Made by a program: the position numbers and the translations under genes | Notes under the pieces: model-generated | Databases searched by the model: none | The model's input: the letters and a program-made list of their open reading frames with translations, nothing else | Told to the model about the DNA's origin: nothing | Source of the DNA: Pedosphaera sp. | GTDB taxonomy: Bacteria; Verrucomicrobiota; Verrucomicrobiia; Limisphaerales; SIBH01 | DNA length: 37,832 bases | Reading direction: 5' to 3' | NCBI GenBank assembly: GCA_031414955.1 | Contig: JANOQV010000169.1 | Span: 1-37,832, forward strand | Shown: one piece after another, positions 36,813 through 37,832 of the stretch | Numbering within the stretch: the stretch's first letter is position 1 | Layout: each line of letters starts with the position of its first letter

Positions 36813-37832
36813 GGAGACGCTGAATAAAGCCAAGTTTTCAAATTTCAGTTTGTGCTGACGGGAAAGTCATCCTCAAGCAACAGAGATTCGCCTCTGGCGG
36901 CCTGGGTCGCGGGTCGGTTCTGGGTGGGGGGCGGGGTTGAACCGCTTTTTGCACCGCTTCAACAGGTTTGATTCATGTTTTTTCACGCCGTGGCCCGCCG
37001 CGCCCCGATCACGACATTGGCCAGACCAAAGAGCGTGTAGAGTTGATGCCCGTTCTTCGCCAGCCCTCGATACCGCACTTTCCGGTGCCGAAATAAATTC
37101 TTCACAATGTGGAAGGGATGTTCCACGAACGCCCGCACCGACGCCTTCGTTTTCTCCACCGCCTTGCGGGCCTCCTTCTCCGCGCCTTCAGCCAGCACCT
37201 TGAGCAGGCCGCGTTTGCCTGCGATCTGCCAGTCAATCTTCCGTTCCAGCGCCGCAATCTCCGCCCGCTTCTCCACGCCGGTGTATCCGGCGTCGCCGTG
37301 GACTTGCGTCTCCTCGCCATGCAGCAGTTCCACCGTCTTGGTGAGGTCGGCCACATTCGCCGCCGTCACGACCACGGTATGCACCAGCTTGCTGTCACGG
37401 TCCGCACCGATGTGCGCTTTCATCCCGAAATACCATTGGTTGCCTTTGCGGGTCTGGTGCATTTCGGGGTCGCGTTCCTTCTTCTGATTCTTGGTCGAGG
37501 GCGGCGCGGCAATCAGCGTGGCGTCCACCAGCGTGCCTGCGCGCAGCAGCAGACCGCGCGCGGCGAGGTCGATGTTGATGGCGGTGAAGAGTCCCTTGCA
37601 CAGGTCGTGCGTTTCGAGCCGGCGACGGAAGTTCAAGAGGGTGGTGGCGTCGGGCACGCCCTCGGCACTCAGGTCAATACGGGCAAAGTGCTGCAACGCC
37701 TGGCTGTCGTAGAGGGCGTCTTCGAGGGCTTCGTCGGCCAGCGCATACCATTGCTGGAGGAAATAGACGCGCAGCATCCGTTCCAGACCGATGGGCGGAC
37801 GTCCGCGCTTGCCCCTGGGATAATGCGGCGCA
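36813..37832 (-). mobile_element. IS5-family insertion sequence (cut by the window edge)
   Basis: End GGAGACGCTGAATAA preceded by TTAG (YTAR-type target); contains a transposase. Confidence 0.85.
36983..37832 (-). CDS. IS5-family DDE transposase (5' end outside the window)
   Basis: Frame open to the edge (..GRPPIGLERMLRVYFLQQWY); VPDATT, VDATLI, GNQWYFGMKAHIG, HGDAGY, RAFVEHPF, VRYRGLAKN. Confidence 0.96.
   Translation of the reverse strand, partial: APHYPRGKRGRPPIGLERMLRVYFLQQWYALADEALEDALYDSQALQHFARIDLSAEGVPDATTLLNFRRRLETHDLCKGLFTAINIDLAARGLLLRAGTLVDATLIAAPPSTKNQKKERDPEMHQTRKGNQWYFGMKAHIGADRDSKLVHTVVVTAANVADLTKTVELLHGEETQVHGDAGYTGVEKRAEIAALERKIDWQIAGKRGLLKVLAEGAEKEARKAVEKTKASVRAFVEHPFHIVKNLFRHRKVRYRGLAKNGHQLYTLFGLANVVIGARRATA

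Overview
GC-rich bacterial chromosome segment, probably Verrucomicrobiota (inferred from gene content and protein style, not verified). Housekeeping blocks are ileS, a LOG-family gene, a dnaK-orf-groES-groEL operon with a candidate sigma54 promoter, tatA-tatC, ubiX-ubiA, pyrR-pyrB with a PyrR attenuator, and a GT9 glycosyltransferase. There is also an OmpR-type two-component system next to a secreted TPR/ankyrin protein, and an IS5-family element cut by the right edge. The strongest signal is an atypical Fe-S assembly locus on the minus strand (Rrf2-iscU-[secreted protein]-[toxin-antitoxin]-iscS-like ... mrp). Its intact IscS homologue has Arg in place of the PLP Schiff-base Lys and has lost the substrate-binding Arg and Asn, yet keeps the active-site Cys. 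Its Mrp lacks the canonical CxxC, and its Rrf2 regulator has Cys at the position of IscR His107. Between iscS and mrp lies a small accessory island (51-aa ORF + NDT/TIR-like gene; DUF1883 + HEPN; Zn-ribbon membrane protein) that looks defence-related. Intergenic spaces hold several families of palindromic and heptamer repeats, some nested and some inserted in frame inside the histidine kinase. All calls were made by eye from motifs; no database searches were run.
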